Shown here in pieces: positions 50,116-60,800 of a DNA stretch of 64,000 nucleotides (position 1 is its first letter; each line of letters opens with the position of its first letter). Source of the DNA: Planctomycetota bacterium (GTDB lineage: Bacteria; Planctomycetota; B15-G4; SIAN01); contig JANNXA010000016.1 of NCBI GenBank assembly GCA_031409275.1, positions 160,001 through 224,000 on the forward strand. The letters run 5' to 3'. The position numbers were made by a program, and so were the translations under genes. A model generated the notes under the pieces. That model made no database searches, was not told the origin of the DNA, and was given only the letters and a program-made list of their open reading frames with translations.

Positions 50116-51974
50116 AGCGTTGGCCGCTTGCGCCGATGCGTCTCGCGCCGTTGCTGCTTACGGCATGCGGCGATGATCCAGCCGCCGCCCCGACCAAGGG
50201 AACCGACGACGCCGCGGTCGCGCCGCAGGCGACCGCTCCGGTGCGCGTGCCCGTGCAGGACGTCTCGATCGCGGGCGGTGATGGAATGCTGACGCCACGT
50301 GACGTGGCGCCGATCCCGGGTGAACGCTTCACCTGGATGCGCGAGGCGCTGGCCGGTTGGTGCCATCAGTCGTCGCGCAGCGGCGAGTACCGCTTGCCGG
50401 AAGTCGTCTCCGGCGGCGTCGTGCTGCTCGACTATGACGGCGACCTCGACCTCGACCTCTTCCTGGTGAACGCCGGCACGTGGCACGACCTCCAGCCTGA
50501 CGCGCCGTTCCCAGGGCACGCACTGTTCCGCAACGACGGCGACCTGCACTTCACCGATGTCGCTGCGGAGGCGGGAGTGCGCGGCGTTGCCGGCAGCTAC
50601 TGCACGGGCGCCGCTGCCGCCGACCTCGAAGGCGATGGAGACCAGGACCTGCTGGTCACGAGCTGGGGGCGCAACTTCCTCTACGTCAACGATGGCCATG
50701 GCCATTTCGACGAGCGCGCCGAAAGCGCGGGCGTCGCCGGCGGCGGCAAGTGGAGTTCGAGCGCCTGCTTCTTCGACGCCGATCGCGACGGGACGCTCGA
50801 TCTCTACGTCGCGAACTACGTGGAGTTCTCCATCGAGGTGAATCGGGCGAATCCATGCGGAGTCGACGTGACCGGCGTGCGCGACTACTGCGCTCCGAAG
50901 GAGTACCTCGGCGTCCAGCACTGGTTCTTCCACGGCAAGGGCGACGGCACGTTCGTGGAGCAGGCGCGCGAGGTCGGACTGACGGCGACCCAGCCGCTCT
51001 CCGACCACTCGAAGGGGCTCGGTGTCGTGGCGAGCGACGTCGACGACGATGGCGACCTCGACCTCTACGTCGCCAACGACGGCACCCCGAACTTCCTGTT
51101 CGTGAACGACGGCAAAGGGCAGTTCACCGAATGCGGTGCGCAGCGCGGCTGCGCCTACGGCGCCGACGGCCGCAGCCTGGCCGGGATGGGCGTCGACGCC
51201 GGCGACTACGACGGGGATGGCGACTTCGACCTGCTGTGCGTGAACCTCTCCTCGGAGATGAACAGCCTGTACCAGAACGACGGACGCGGCTGGTTCTCCG
51301 ACGAGCACCGCGCCGCCGGGTTCGCGCTGATCGATCGCGGTGAAGTCGGCTTCGGAATCGACTTCTTCGACTACGACGACGACGGCGACCTCGACGTTCT
51401 GATCGCCAACGGCCACGTCCTCTTCAACGTCCACAAGTCGCGCGGCGGCGCCTGGTACATGCAGGCGGACCAGTTGCTCGACAACGACGGCAAGGGGCGT
51501 TTCGCGCTGGTCGCGCCGGAGCAGGCCGGCGCCTACTTCACGGTGCGCAACGCGGCACGCGGGCTCGCGACGGGCGACCTCGACGGCGATGGCGACCTCG
51601 ACGCGGTCATCGTGGCGCGCGACGAGCCGGCCGTGCTGCTGCGCAACAACCACGTGCCGCCGGGTTCGCGCGCCGATTCCTTCCTCTTCGCACTGTCGGC
51701 GAGCGGCCGCAACCGCGACGCCGTCGGCGCCAAGCTCACCTTGACCATCGACGGCAAGGCGCGAGTCGAGGAGGTCCGCGCTGGTTCCTCCTACGGCTCG
51801 AGATGCGACCTGCGCGTCCATTTCGGCGCCGCCGGGGCGAGTCAGGCCGAGAAGCTCGCGGTGCGCTGGCCCGACGGGACCGTGCAGGAGTTCGGTCCCC
51901 TGGCCGCGGGCGGCGAGTACACCTGGAAGCAGGGTGATCCGGCGCCACGGCAGCGGCGCGTGCTCCAGCGCTGA
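50112..51974 (+). CDS. CRTAC1-family FG-GAP/VCBS repeat lipoprotein with ASPIC/UnbV domain
   Basis: Lipobox LTAC; many DxDGDGDLD repeats; NRDAVGA..GSSY..HFG..VRWPDG. Confidence 0.9.
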   Translation: MKRWPLAPMRLAPLLLTACGDDPAAAPTKGTDDAAVAPQATAPVRVPVQDVSIAGGDGMLTPRDVAPIPGERFTWMREALAGWCHQSSRSGEYRLPEVVSGGVVLLDYDGDLDLDLFLVNAGTWHDLQPDAPFPGHALFRNDGDLHFTDVAAEAGVRGVAGSYCTGAAAADLEGDGDQDLLVTSWGRNFLYVNDGHGHFDERAESAGVAGGGKWSSSACFFDADRDGTLDLYVANYVEFSIEVNRANPCGVDVTGVRDYCAPKEYLGVQHWFFHGKGDGTFVEQAREVGLTATQPLSDHSKGLGVVASDVDDDGDLDLYVANDGTPNFLFVNDGKGQFTECGAQRGCAYGADGRSLAGMGVDAGDYDGDGDFDLLCVNLSSEMNSLYQNDGRGWFSDEHRAAGFALIDRGEVGFGIDFFDYDDDGDLDVLIANGHVLFNVHKSRGGAWYMQADQLLDNDGKGRFALVAPEQAGAYFTVRNAARGLATGDLDGDGDLDAVIVARDEPAVLLRNNHVPPGSRADSFLFALSASGRNRDAVGAKLTLTIDGKARVEEVRAGSSYGSRCDLRVHFGAAGASQAEKLAVRWPDGTVQEFGPLAAGGEYTWKQGDPAPRQRRVLQR

Positions 51975-52013
51975 GCGAACTCCCGCTTCGAACGGGTTGC
52001 CGCGCGGCGGCCG

Positions 52014-53657
52014 TCAACCGCCGGTCGGTTTGGCGGGCGCGCCCGCGGGCGGCTGCTGCGATGGCCGGTACAGCTCGCCCATGGGAAGGGGAAGCGCTTC
52101 GCCCTTCTTCAGCTTCTCGACGTACTCGTCGAGCTTCGGCACCGCGTTGGGCGGCAGCGCTTTCTGGGCGCGCTCGAAGTACTTGAGAGCGGCGGCGTTG
52201 TCGCCGAGGTTGGCCGAGATGTACCCGAGCTGCATGCAGGTCGAAGGGCTGCGCGGACTCACCTTCTCGGCGCGCTCGCCCCAGAGCTTGGCCTGGTCGT
52301 ACTCGCCGGCAAGGTTGAGCAGCCCGGCCAGGCGCGTCAGCAACGTCGGGCTTCGCTGCGACATCTCGAGTTCACGGCGCACGCGGGTCAGGTCCTGCAG
52401 CAGCGGCTCGATCTTCTGGTGGCGTGCCAGCAACCGCTGCCCTTCCGCCTGTTCCGCCGCATCCGTCGACCGCGCCAGCAACAGCGCGAGGCGGTAGAGC
52501 GCGTCGAACAACATCGGATCCTGCGCAAGCGTCTTGCGGTAGAGCTCCTTCGCCGCGGCCGGATCGCCCACCTTCTCCCGCACCCGCGCGGCGATCAGCA
52601 TCGCCTCCGGGTTCGTCGGCGCGATCGTGATGGCCGCATCGGAGTGCAGCTTCGCCTTGTCGAGTTCGGAGCGATCGAGGTGGATCTCGGCGAGCCGCAT
52701 GTCGGCGACGAGGTGGCCGGGACCGACTTCGGTCGTCGAGAGGATTCGCGTGTAGCGCGCGATCGCATCATCGAGACGTCCGGCGCCGCGATAGAGGTCG
52801 GCGAGGCGACCGAGGAATTCCGGGGTTCCGGGCGACAGCTCACACGCCTTCTCGAAGTTGCTGATGGCGTCCGCGTTGCGCTCGAGCATCGTCTGCGCCA
52901 TCGCGAGCTGCGCGAACAGCACGGCCGATCGCGGCATCTTCTGGGTCAGCTGCTCGAAGAGCGCGATGCCCTCGTCGTAGCGCTGCAGCTTGACGTAGAC
53001 GCCGGCAAGACCGACCACGGCGTCGCGCTCGTGGTGGGTGTCGGTGCGTTCCCAGTCGGTCGGCTTCGAGACGAGCTGCAGATAGACCCGCAACGCCTCC
53101 TCGTTGGCACCGCCGACCTCGGCGAGGATGCCGCTGAGGAGCATCCCTTCGTAGCTCTTCGGTTTGGTGACGCGCACGTAGTTCAGCTCGGAGGACGCCT
53201 CCTTCAGCCGACCCTGCGCGAGGTAGATGCGAGCTCGCGTCAAGTGCGGATCGACGGCGTTGGGGTCGTCGGCGGCGACTTCATCGACCAGCGCATGCGC
53301 CTGCGGGATCGTCGCGGGATTGCCCGCCAGGCACTCCGCGATGAAGAGGCGGATGCGCGGCGGCCGGGGATTGATCGTCTCCGCGGTCTTCACCGCATCT
53401 TCGAGGCGGCCGAGCTGACGGAGCGCGCGCGCCCGGATCTCGAGCACCACCGCATCCCCGGGATGCGAGACCAGCCAGTCATTCGACAGCGCCAACGCCG
53501 TGTCGACGTCGTAGGCAATGTAGGCCTGCCGGATCTTCTTCACGTCGTCGGGCAGGTCGTTCATGTTGACCTGCGCCTGCTGCGGCGTGGCGAAGAGCAC
53601 GCCCCCGGTCGGAGCGAGCGCGAGCAGGAAGGCGGACGCGAGAATCCTCGAGGTCAC
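52014..53657 (-). CDS. Secreted tetratricopeptide repeat protein
   Basis: Signal peptide; serial TPR-like A..L.P motifs. GTG start overlaps the M28 stop. Confidence 0.85.
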   Translation of the reverse strand: MTSRILASAFLLALAPTGGVLFATPQQAQVNMNDLPDDVKKIRQAYIAYDVDTALALSNDWLVSHPGDAVVLEIRARALRQLGRLEDAVKTAETINPRPPRIRLFIAECLAGNPATIPQAHALVDEVAADDPNAVDPHLTRARIYLAQGRLKEASSELNYVRVTKPKSYEGMLLSGILAEVGGANEEALRVYLQLVSKPTDWERTDTHHERDAVVGLAGVYVKLQRYDEGIALFEQLTQKMPRSAVLFAQLAMAQTMLERNADAISNFEKACELSPGTPEFLGRLADLYRGAGRLDDAIARYTRILSTTEVGPGHLVADMRLAEIHLDRSELDKAKLHSDAAITIAPTNPEAMLIAARVREKVGDPAAAKELYRKTLAQDPMLFDALYRLALLLARSTDAAEQAEGQRLLARHQKIEPLLQDLTRVRRELEMSQRSPTLLTRLAGLLNLAGEYDQAKLWGERAEKVSPRSPSTCMQLGYISANLGDNAAALKYFERAQKALPPNAVPKLDEYVEKLKKGEALPLPMGELYRPSQQPPAGAPAKPTGG

Positions 53658-54769
53658 GGCAGGCTCCCATCACGGGGATCACGAGACGGATCGCGGTCTT
53701 GGGCCGGCGCGAGAGGCGCGGGCTTCGCCTCCGGCCGGGTTCCGGGAAAGGCGAGCTGCGTCGGCACGAGCGTGGTGCGACCGCTCGCCGGATCGTCGAG
53801 GCGCAGCTTCTCCTGCACGTAGTCCCAGCGCAAGGGCTGGCGATGGCGATCGAACTCTGCGGCGATCGCGAGCGTCAACACGTGCATCTGCAGGAGATGC
53901 TCGGGCACGATCGCCTCGACACGATCGCGCGAAGTGTGCAGCAACGACACGTGTTCCATGTCGATGCCAAGGAGAGACGCGACCGGAAGGAAGCCTCGCT
54001 TGAGTTCGTGGCTGTCGGATGCTTCGCCAGGGAAGTCGACGACCTGAAGCGGCACGTTCGCACGTGCCGCCGCGTCGGCGACGTACTCGAGGATGCCGGC
54101 CGAAGAGCCGCCCCACCACGCGCGCGGCGCCGCGACGCCAGCGCATTCGACGGTGACGAAGGCGTCGATCTTCGCCGCCTGCTTCTCGCGCACCGTGCTC
54201 ACCCACGACGCGGAGCCGAGGCAGCCTTGCTCTTCGCCCGCGAAGCCGAGGAACATGAACGTGTGCTCGTGGTTGCTGCCCTTCAGCGCGCGGTAGAGGT
54301 TGGCCAGCAGGACGCAGCCCGACCAGTTGTCGATCACGCCGCGCGAGCCGTCCACGGTGTCGTAGTGCGCGGCGAATCCGATGATCCGCTTGGTCGTGCC
54401 GGGCAGCACGGCGATCACGTTGCGGCCGACGTCGCGCCAACGCGCCTCGAAGCGCGCCAGCTCCGTCTCGCGATCGGCGGCGCTCGCGTTCGTGGCGTCG
54501 AGGCGCGCGACCAACGCGGCGCGCGCGCTGTCGAGCTTCGGCGCCAGCAGCGCTCGATCGAGCGGCACCAGGGCCACATCGTCGGCCTCGGCCCCGGCTT
54601 CGAGGAAGAGCTCGGCCAGCCGCTTCTCGCGCTCGCTGTTGTCAGCGGGAGCGCGGCTGAGTTCGTCCACCATTCCCTCGACGGGCATGGGACGGAGCAC
54701 CAGCGGCGGCGCCTCCTGGGGCGCCAACATGCAGGCGGCGAACGCGAGCGAGGGGGTGACGAACGCCAT
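53654..54769 (-). CDS. M28 family peptidase
   Basis: AHYDT; GVIDNWSG; GEEQGCLGS; SDS; LHTSRD. Confidence 0.85.
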   Translation of the reverse strand: MAFVTPSLAFAACMLAPQEAPPLVLRPMPVEGMVDELSRAPADNSEREKRLAELFLEAGAEADDVALVPLDRALLAPKLDSARAALVARLDATNASAADRETELARFEARWRDVGRNVIAVLPGTTKRIIGFAAHYDTVDGSRGVIDNWSGCVLLANLYRALKGSNHEHTFMFLGFAGEEQGCLGSASWVSTVREKQAAKIDAFVTVECAGVAAPRAWWGGSSAGILEYVADAAARANVPLQVVDFPGEASDSHELKRGFLPVASLLGIDMEHVSLLHTSRDRVEAIVPEHLLQMHVLTLAIAAEFDRHRQPLRWDYVQEKLRLDDPASGRTTLVPTQLAFPGTRPEAKPAPLAPAQDRDPSRDPRDGSLP

Positions 54770-54827
54770 GCCTTCTGGACTCCAGGTGCGGTGATTCAAC
54801 GATCGCAACGAGCTCGTGGCGAATCGA

Positions 54828-55889
54828 TCATCCGCGATCGGGCAGCACTTTCCCTTCGGACGACTGCAGCTTGTCGCGGATGAGCGAGAGCAGGAACTCG
54901 TTCTCATCCCGATCGGCTTTCGCCTGCAGCTCGCGATAGCGCGCGACCGCGACCGCCGCCTCTTCCTTGCGTCCGAGCGCGCGCAGCGCTCTCGCCAGGT
55001 AGCTCCACGCCATGCGATCGTCGGGCTTCCCGCTGGTCACCGACTGCAGCAACGGCAACGCCTCGGCGGCGCGTTCGCGCTCGAACAGGAAGACGCCGTA
55101 GCGGAACGCCGCCGAGAACCGGCTTCGATCGGGGCCGGTCGAGACGGCCTTGGCGAAGAGCGGCTCCGCCTCGGCGGGTCGCCCCGCTTCGGCGATCGTG
55201 ACGGCCAGCTTCCAGCGCGCGTCGGGATGCGGCGGGGCGAGTTCCATCGCGAGGCGGAACTCCTTCTCGGCGCGGTCGAGCCGACGCAGGTTCAGCTCGT
55301 TCTCGCCGAGCGAGAAGTGGTTGATCGCCGCGTTCGGCGCGAAGGCGATCGACTTCTCGAACCAATCGCTCGCTTCGAGGCGCTTGTTCACCATCGCGCA
55401 CGCCATCGCGAAGTTGAAGACGAGCTCGCCGTAGGAAGCATCGCTGGTGAAGCGCGTCACGGCGGGCCGCAGCACGGCCTCCGCCTCTTCCGGCCGCGAG
55501 GTCTGCAGCAGCACGACGCCGAGCGCGTTGTGGGCCGGCGCGAAGTCGGGCATCTTCGCGAGTGCCGCGCGCACGTGCGGCTCGGCGGAACGCCATTCCG
55601 CGCGCATCAACCACAGCGTCCCGACGACCATGACGTAGCCCGGATCGGCGCTCTGGTTGGCCGCCAGCGACTCGATCTGGGCGCGCGCCGCATCGCGCTC
55701 GCCCTTGTCGAAGCGCGCGAACGCCTGACTCAGCGCCGGATCGATTCCGGGCAGGGTCTGCGCCTTCGCGGCCGACGCCCCCGACGCCAACGTCAGCGCC
55801 GTCGCGACGGCGGCTGCCAGAAGCGCGCGGCGCCAAGCGAGGTTTCGATCGCAGCGAGTCGGCGTGCGCTTCACGGTCCACGGCTCCAT
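54828..55889 (-). CDS. Secreted tetratricopeptide repeat protein
   Basis: Signal peptide; PDFAPAHNALG, PNAAINHFSLG, PDDRMAWSYLA. Confidence 0.85.
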   Translation of the reverse strand: MEPWTVKRTPTRCDRNLAWRRALLAAAVATALTLASGASAAKAQTLPGIDPALSQAFARFDKGERDAARAQIESLAANQSADPGYVMVVGTLWLMRAEWRSAEPHVRAALAKMPDFAPAHNALGVVLLQTSRPEEAEAVLRPAVTRFTSDASYGELVFNFAMACAMVNKRLEASDWFEKSIAFAPNAAINHFSLGENELNLRRLDRAEKEFRLAMELAPPHPDARWKLAVTIAEAGRPAEAEPLFAKAVSTGPDRSRFSAAFRYGVFLFERERAAEALPLLQSVTSGKPDDRMAWSYLARALRALGRKEEAAVAVARYRELQAKADRDENEFLLSLIRDKLQSSEGKVLPDRG

Positions 55890-57664
55890 CGCTGTGGAGG
55901 TGCGCCGCGGACCCAGCGATAGCGCTGGCCGATCGCGAGCTCCCGCGCCTCCTCGACCACTCCATCGGGCCAGGTCACCGTGACGCGCTCGATTCGCGAC
56001 GCCGCGCCGAGCCCGAAGCGAGCCGCAAGCTCATGGCTGCTCTGGAACGATCCCCCCGCTTGCACCATCCGCAGCATCTTTCGACCACCCGCTTCGACGA
56101 CCACTTTCGCGCCGACCGCGAAGCGGTTCTTCCCCGACTGCTCCAGCATGATCGACAGCGACCCGCCGCCGCCTCGAGCAGCGGCGTCGTTGACGAACAG
56201 CGTCGGCGCCTCGTTCTGCGCCATCACCAGCACGTCGCCGTCGCCGTCGCCATCGACATCGCCGAACGCCGCGCCGCGGAACGACTTGCGCACCGGCGTT
56301 CCCGGGAAGGCGAGCGCCGTGACATCGCGATAGCGGCCTTCGAACTCGTACGCGCGGCACGCCTGCTTGTAGGTGAGCTCCGGCGCGCGCGCGTCGGCCC
56401 CCGGATAGACGTGGCCGTTGGCGACGAAGAGGTCGAGATCGCCGTCGAGGTCGAAGTCCTCGAACGCGGTGCCCCAACCCAGCGCGAGCCAACTCTCCGT
56501 CCCCCACGCGTGGCGCGCGGTGACATCGAGGAAGTTCCCGCGACCGTCGCCCTGGTACAGCGTGTTGTCGTCGTGCGAGAAGTTGGTGCAGAAGAGGTCG
56601 AGGTCGAGATCCCCATCGAAGTCGCCGACCGCGACGCCCATTCCGGCCTGCTGCAGGCCGCTGCCGGAAAGCGCCGCGCCGGCGAGATCGGCCTCCTCGC
56701 TGAAGCGCCCATGGCCGTCGTTGACGAAGAGGTAGTTCCCGCGCGAGTCGTTGGCGACGTAGAGGTCCTGGTCGCCATCGCCATCCGCATCGAACGCGAC
56801 GATGCCCAGCGAGTAGCGCGGCTCGACGCTGGCGAAGCCGGCAGCGGCGGTGGCGTCCAGGAACGTGCCGTCGCCCTGGTTGGCGAAGAAGCGATCGGGC
56901 TCCGGCACCATCCCTTTGGGGCCGCACGCCGCCTTCAGCTCGAAGTAGGGGCAATCGACCTTGTTCCAGCAGTCGGGGTCGCCGGCCACGGTCATCGCGA
57001 AGTAGTTGCCAACGTAGAGGTCGAGATCGTCGTCGCCATCGGCGTCGAAGAAGACCGCGCCGGTGCTCCAGCGCGGGTCACCGACGCCGGCCAACGCGGT
57101 GACGTCCGTGAAGCGGCCGCGTCCGTCGTTCTGCAGCAGCTTGTTCTCGCCGTAGCAGGTGACGTAGAGATCGAGGTCGCCGTCGCCGTCGTAGTCGGCC
57201 GCAACCGCTCCCGCCCCGAAGACGCGAAGACCGGCGTCGCCGGCAGCCTCCGTGACGTCGGTGAAGCGGCCGCCGCCATCGTTCTCGAGCAGCGTGCAGC
57301 GACCGCGCCGATCGAGCGTCCAGTCGCCCTCGCCGCCGGCCGGCGGAACGAGACCGCACGCATCGACGAGGTACGCGTCGAGATCCCCGTCGCCATCCTT
57401 GTCGAAGAGCGCGCAGCCCTGGCCGATCTCCTCGAGCGCGTAGCGCTTCTTCACCGGCTCGCCGCAGTGGTTCACGGCGACGATGCCGCGCGCCGCCGCC
57501 TCATCGCGGAGCGCGAAGCGGAGCTCGGGCGCCAGCGACGCGGGCGCCTCGCTCGTGCTCGACGGACCGGGAGCGGCCGGATGCTCGCCGCAGCGCGCAG
57601 CGCACCCCGCCACGAGCAGCGCGAGGGCATTCCTTGTCCGCAATCGAGGTGGCTTCTGCGTCAC
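55871..57664 (-). CDS. CRTAC1-family FG-GAP repeat protein with ASPIC/UnbV domain
   Basis: DxDGDGDLD repeats; NRFAVGA..GGSFQS..FGLG..WPDG. Start uncertain (GTG 57664). Confidence 0.88.
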   Translation of the reverse strand: MTQKPPRLRTRNALALLVAGCAARCGEHPAAPGPSSTSEAPASLAPELRFALRDEAAARGIVAVNHCGEPVKKRYALEEIGQGCALFDKDGDGDLDAYLVDACGLVPPAGGEGDWTLDRRGRCTLLENDGGGRFTDVTEAAGDAGLRVFGAGAVAADYDGDGDLDLYVTCYGENKLLQNDGRGRFTDVTALAGVGDPRWSTGAVFFDADGDDDLDLYVGNYFAMTVAGDPDCWNKVDCPYFELKAACGPKGMVPEPDRFFANQGDGTFLDATAAAGFASVEPRYSLGIVAFDADGDGDQDLYVANDSRGNYLFVNDGHGRFSEEADLAGAALSGSGLQQAGMGVAVGDFDGDLDLDLFCTNFSHDDNTLYQGDGRGNFLDVTARHAWGTESWLALGWGTAFEDFDLDGDLDLFVANGHVYPGADARAPELTYKQACRAYEFEGRYRDVTALAFPGTPVRKSFRGAAFGDVDGDGDGDVLVMAQNEAPTLFVNDAAARGGGGSLSIMLEQSGKNRFAVGAKVVVEAGGRKMLRMVQAGGSFQSSHELAARFGLGAASRIERVTVTWPDGVVEEARELAIGQRYRWVRGAPPQRWSRGP

Positions 57665-57862
57665 GCGCGACTTGTCCCGCCGATCGAACGCCGCGAACGC
57701 GGCGCACCAGGGCGGGAATCTTAGCCGACGCATTCGAGCGGTCTCGGCGCGACGACGACGCGGAGGGTCGCCAATCCGCCGAGGAGCTGGCCGATCCGCG
57801 AACGAAAGTCGGCCCAGGCTCCCGTGCGGGGAACCCGGGCCGACGCGCGGAATGCGATGCGA

Positions 57863-60800
57863 TCAGAAGTCGGTGTGGATCTCGAGCCGCTCGACGATCG
57901 GGCGCGGCGTCGTCGGCGTCAGCGTGCTGCCGTCGAACGTCGTGTCGAACGTGATGCGCCACCGCAGGAACTGGTGACCGTTGGCGACGGCGACGTTCGA
58001 AGACCAGGCGGTCAGCGTTGCCGGGTCGACCTCCTTCGAGCCCTCGACGATCGCATCGGCGCCTTGGAACTCGACCTTCAGCCGCGCGTTGGTGGGGATG
58101 AAGTTCGTGCGCGGCTCCTGGCCGGGCGCATAGGTTCCGGTGAGCGTGTCGAACTGCCCGAGGTAGCCGACGAGGATGTCGCTCGTTCCAGGCGAGAGGA
58201 CGTTGCCGGAGCCGTCCGTCGCCACGTAGCCGCCGCCGTCGAGGCCGCTGAAGCTGAACACCGGATTGGTATTCGCCGGCGAGCGTTCGATCACACGACC
58301 GAAGTCGTGCCACTGCGAAAGGGCGACGCTGATCGGCGTGAACTCGACCGGCGCAAGCGTGTTGTTCGGATCGACCCACGATGCGAGCGGGCGGATGCTG
58401 CCGTTGACGTCCGAGCCTGGCGCGACGACGGTCGCCGTGCTGCCGGCCGGGACCTGAAGCTGGATCATCCCGTGGCCGCCGTCGCCGCCGTCGCCTGCCA
58501 CGCCGTTGTTCGAGTTGCTGCAATCGGCGTAGTCGTTGTTCGGAGCGGCGTTGTCGCCGAGCCCGCGACGCACGTCGATGATGGCGCTCTGCTTGACCAG
58601 GATCGTCGACGCCGACTGCAGGATGATCATCCCGCCGGCGCCACCGCCACCGCCGCCGCCCCAGTACGAGCAGGCGATCCCTTCGCCGCCGCCGCCGTTG
58701 CCACCCGACGATTCGAGCAGCGCGGTGGCCTCGAGCGTGATGTCGCCGAGGGCCTGCACCATGAAGGCGCCGCCGCCACCGCCACCCGCGCCGCCACGCG
58801 AGTCACCGACCGACGGCGAGCGTCCCTGCGCCGGAAGATTGTCCTCGTTGGCGCAGCAACCGTCGTTGGTCGAATCTTTGTCGATGTCGCACCAGTTGCC
58901 GCAGAAGTAGGAGTCGCACTGCGTGCCGCCGCCGCCGCCGCCCTGACCACCAATCAGCCGCTTCAACTGCCCGAGCTTGCCGAAGTAGTCGTTGCTGAGC
59001 GTGCCGTCCGGAGCGAACGGATGGGCGCCGCCGACCCCGGCGAGATTGGTGTTGTCGTCGCTCACCAGCCACTTGCCAGTGCCATCCGGCTTCACGTTGG
59101 CGATGCCGTTCAGGATGTTGCCGCTGGTGTCCTTCGGGACCACGCCGGCGCGGAACATCGAGCCGCCGCCGCCGCCCGCGATCTTGGCGTTGGTGCTGAT
59201 CGAACGGAATTCGTCGCAGTTGCCCATCTCGTCGTTCGTCTGGTACTTGCCCTTGCTGTCCTTGGTGTCGAGCGCACCGCTCTGCGCGCCGGTGCCGCCG
59301 ATCTCCTTCATCTCCCCGGTGACCGGGTCCATGCCGAGACCGGTCTTGGCGTACGTCGGCGACACCAAGGTGAGGTAGTTGATGGTGTCGGCCGGGAAGA
59401 ACGTCACCGGGTGCGAATCGCCGCCGCGGCCACCGCCGGCACGCGCCGGCCCGCCCGGAATGGCGGTGATCGAGGAGTCGTAGGCGAACTCGCTCGAGCC
59501 GTCGTCACCGCTGACGAGGATGTCGCCGGCGATGCGGACCGATCCGGTGGCCTTGAAGACCAACGGGTTGTTGCCCCGCGGAACGACGATCACGCCGTCG
59601 GGGATGTCGATGTCGGTGAAGTTGAACACGCCGTTCGTCGCGATGGCGCCCGGCAGCGCATCGGGCGTCGAACCGTCGAGCAGCGGGAAGGTCTGCGACG
59701 TCGTGTCGAGGACGATCGTCGTCGTGTTGCCACTCGCGGGGGCGTTGGGAAGGAAGCGGCCGAGACTGCCGTCCCCGTCGAACTCGAGCGCCGCCTGCAA
59801 GATCGAAGAGCCCTTGCGGTTCCAGTCGGCCGGAAGGACGCCCGATCCGATCTCGTCGATGTCGGTCTCTTCGCGTCGGTTGTCGTCGAACTCCTCGACG
59901 ATGGCGTCACGAATCGAGCCGGACGGAGCGTCCGCAACCGAGAAGGTCGTGGCGACGAGCGGGCCGCCGGCAGGCGATCCGCTCTGCGCCAGCCCCTTCA
60001 GCTCGAGGTCGTACTGCAAGACGAGCAGATGTCCGAAGGGCAGGATTCCCGACGGCTGGACTTCCACCACGGCACGGTCGATCGAGTTCTCGACCAGCGT
60101 GACGTTGATGCCCAACGAGACGCCGTCCGGGAACCCGGGCGGGGTGTCTTCGAGATCGACGAGCTCGAACACCGTGTCGTTGAGGTTGGTGGTGTCGGGC
60201 TGCAACGGACCGTCGAACACCAGCGTGAAGACCGGCCGAGCCGTGAAGAGCCCATCCGGATCGGAGAAGAGGTTGGGCGAGATGCCGGTCGAGCCATCCG
60301 TCGGGTCCGCATCGATCAGCCGCGGCGTCGTCGCCGCGACCGCCCGGAACGCGTCGGCGCTCGGCGTCACCATCGTGCGGAACGGGATGAAGATCCCGTC
60401 GGTGTCGATCGCATCCGGGTAGCTGGCGCGCAACGCGGGCTCGACGTTGGCTACGAACGAGAACGTCAGAGGGCCGGTGCGGACGGTGTAGCCGGAGTTG
60501 AAGTTGAGCCCGGCGCCTCCGTTGTCGAGGCCGCCTGTCGGCAGCGTCGAGATCGGGCGCACTGGCAGATCGGGAACGAAGGTCACCACCGGACCATCGA
60601 CGAGGTAGCGACCGCGCACCGGCTGGTTGGCCGAATCGAGGATCGGCAGGACCGTCGCGTTGATGCGGTTGGGGTCCGGGTTGTCACTGAAGACGAACTC
60701 GACGGTCTGAACCACCGGCGAACTCTGCGGCGCGGTCGTCTCCGCTTCGACGTTGACGTCGTTGGGATCAGGGAAGCGCACCGACAGGAGCGTCGCCTTG

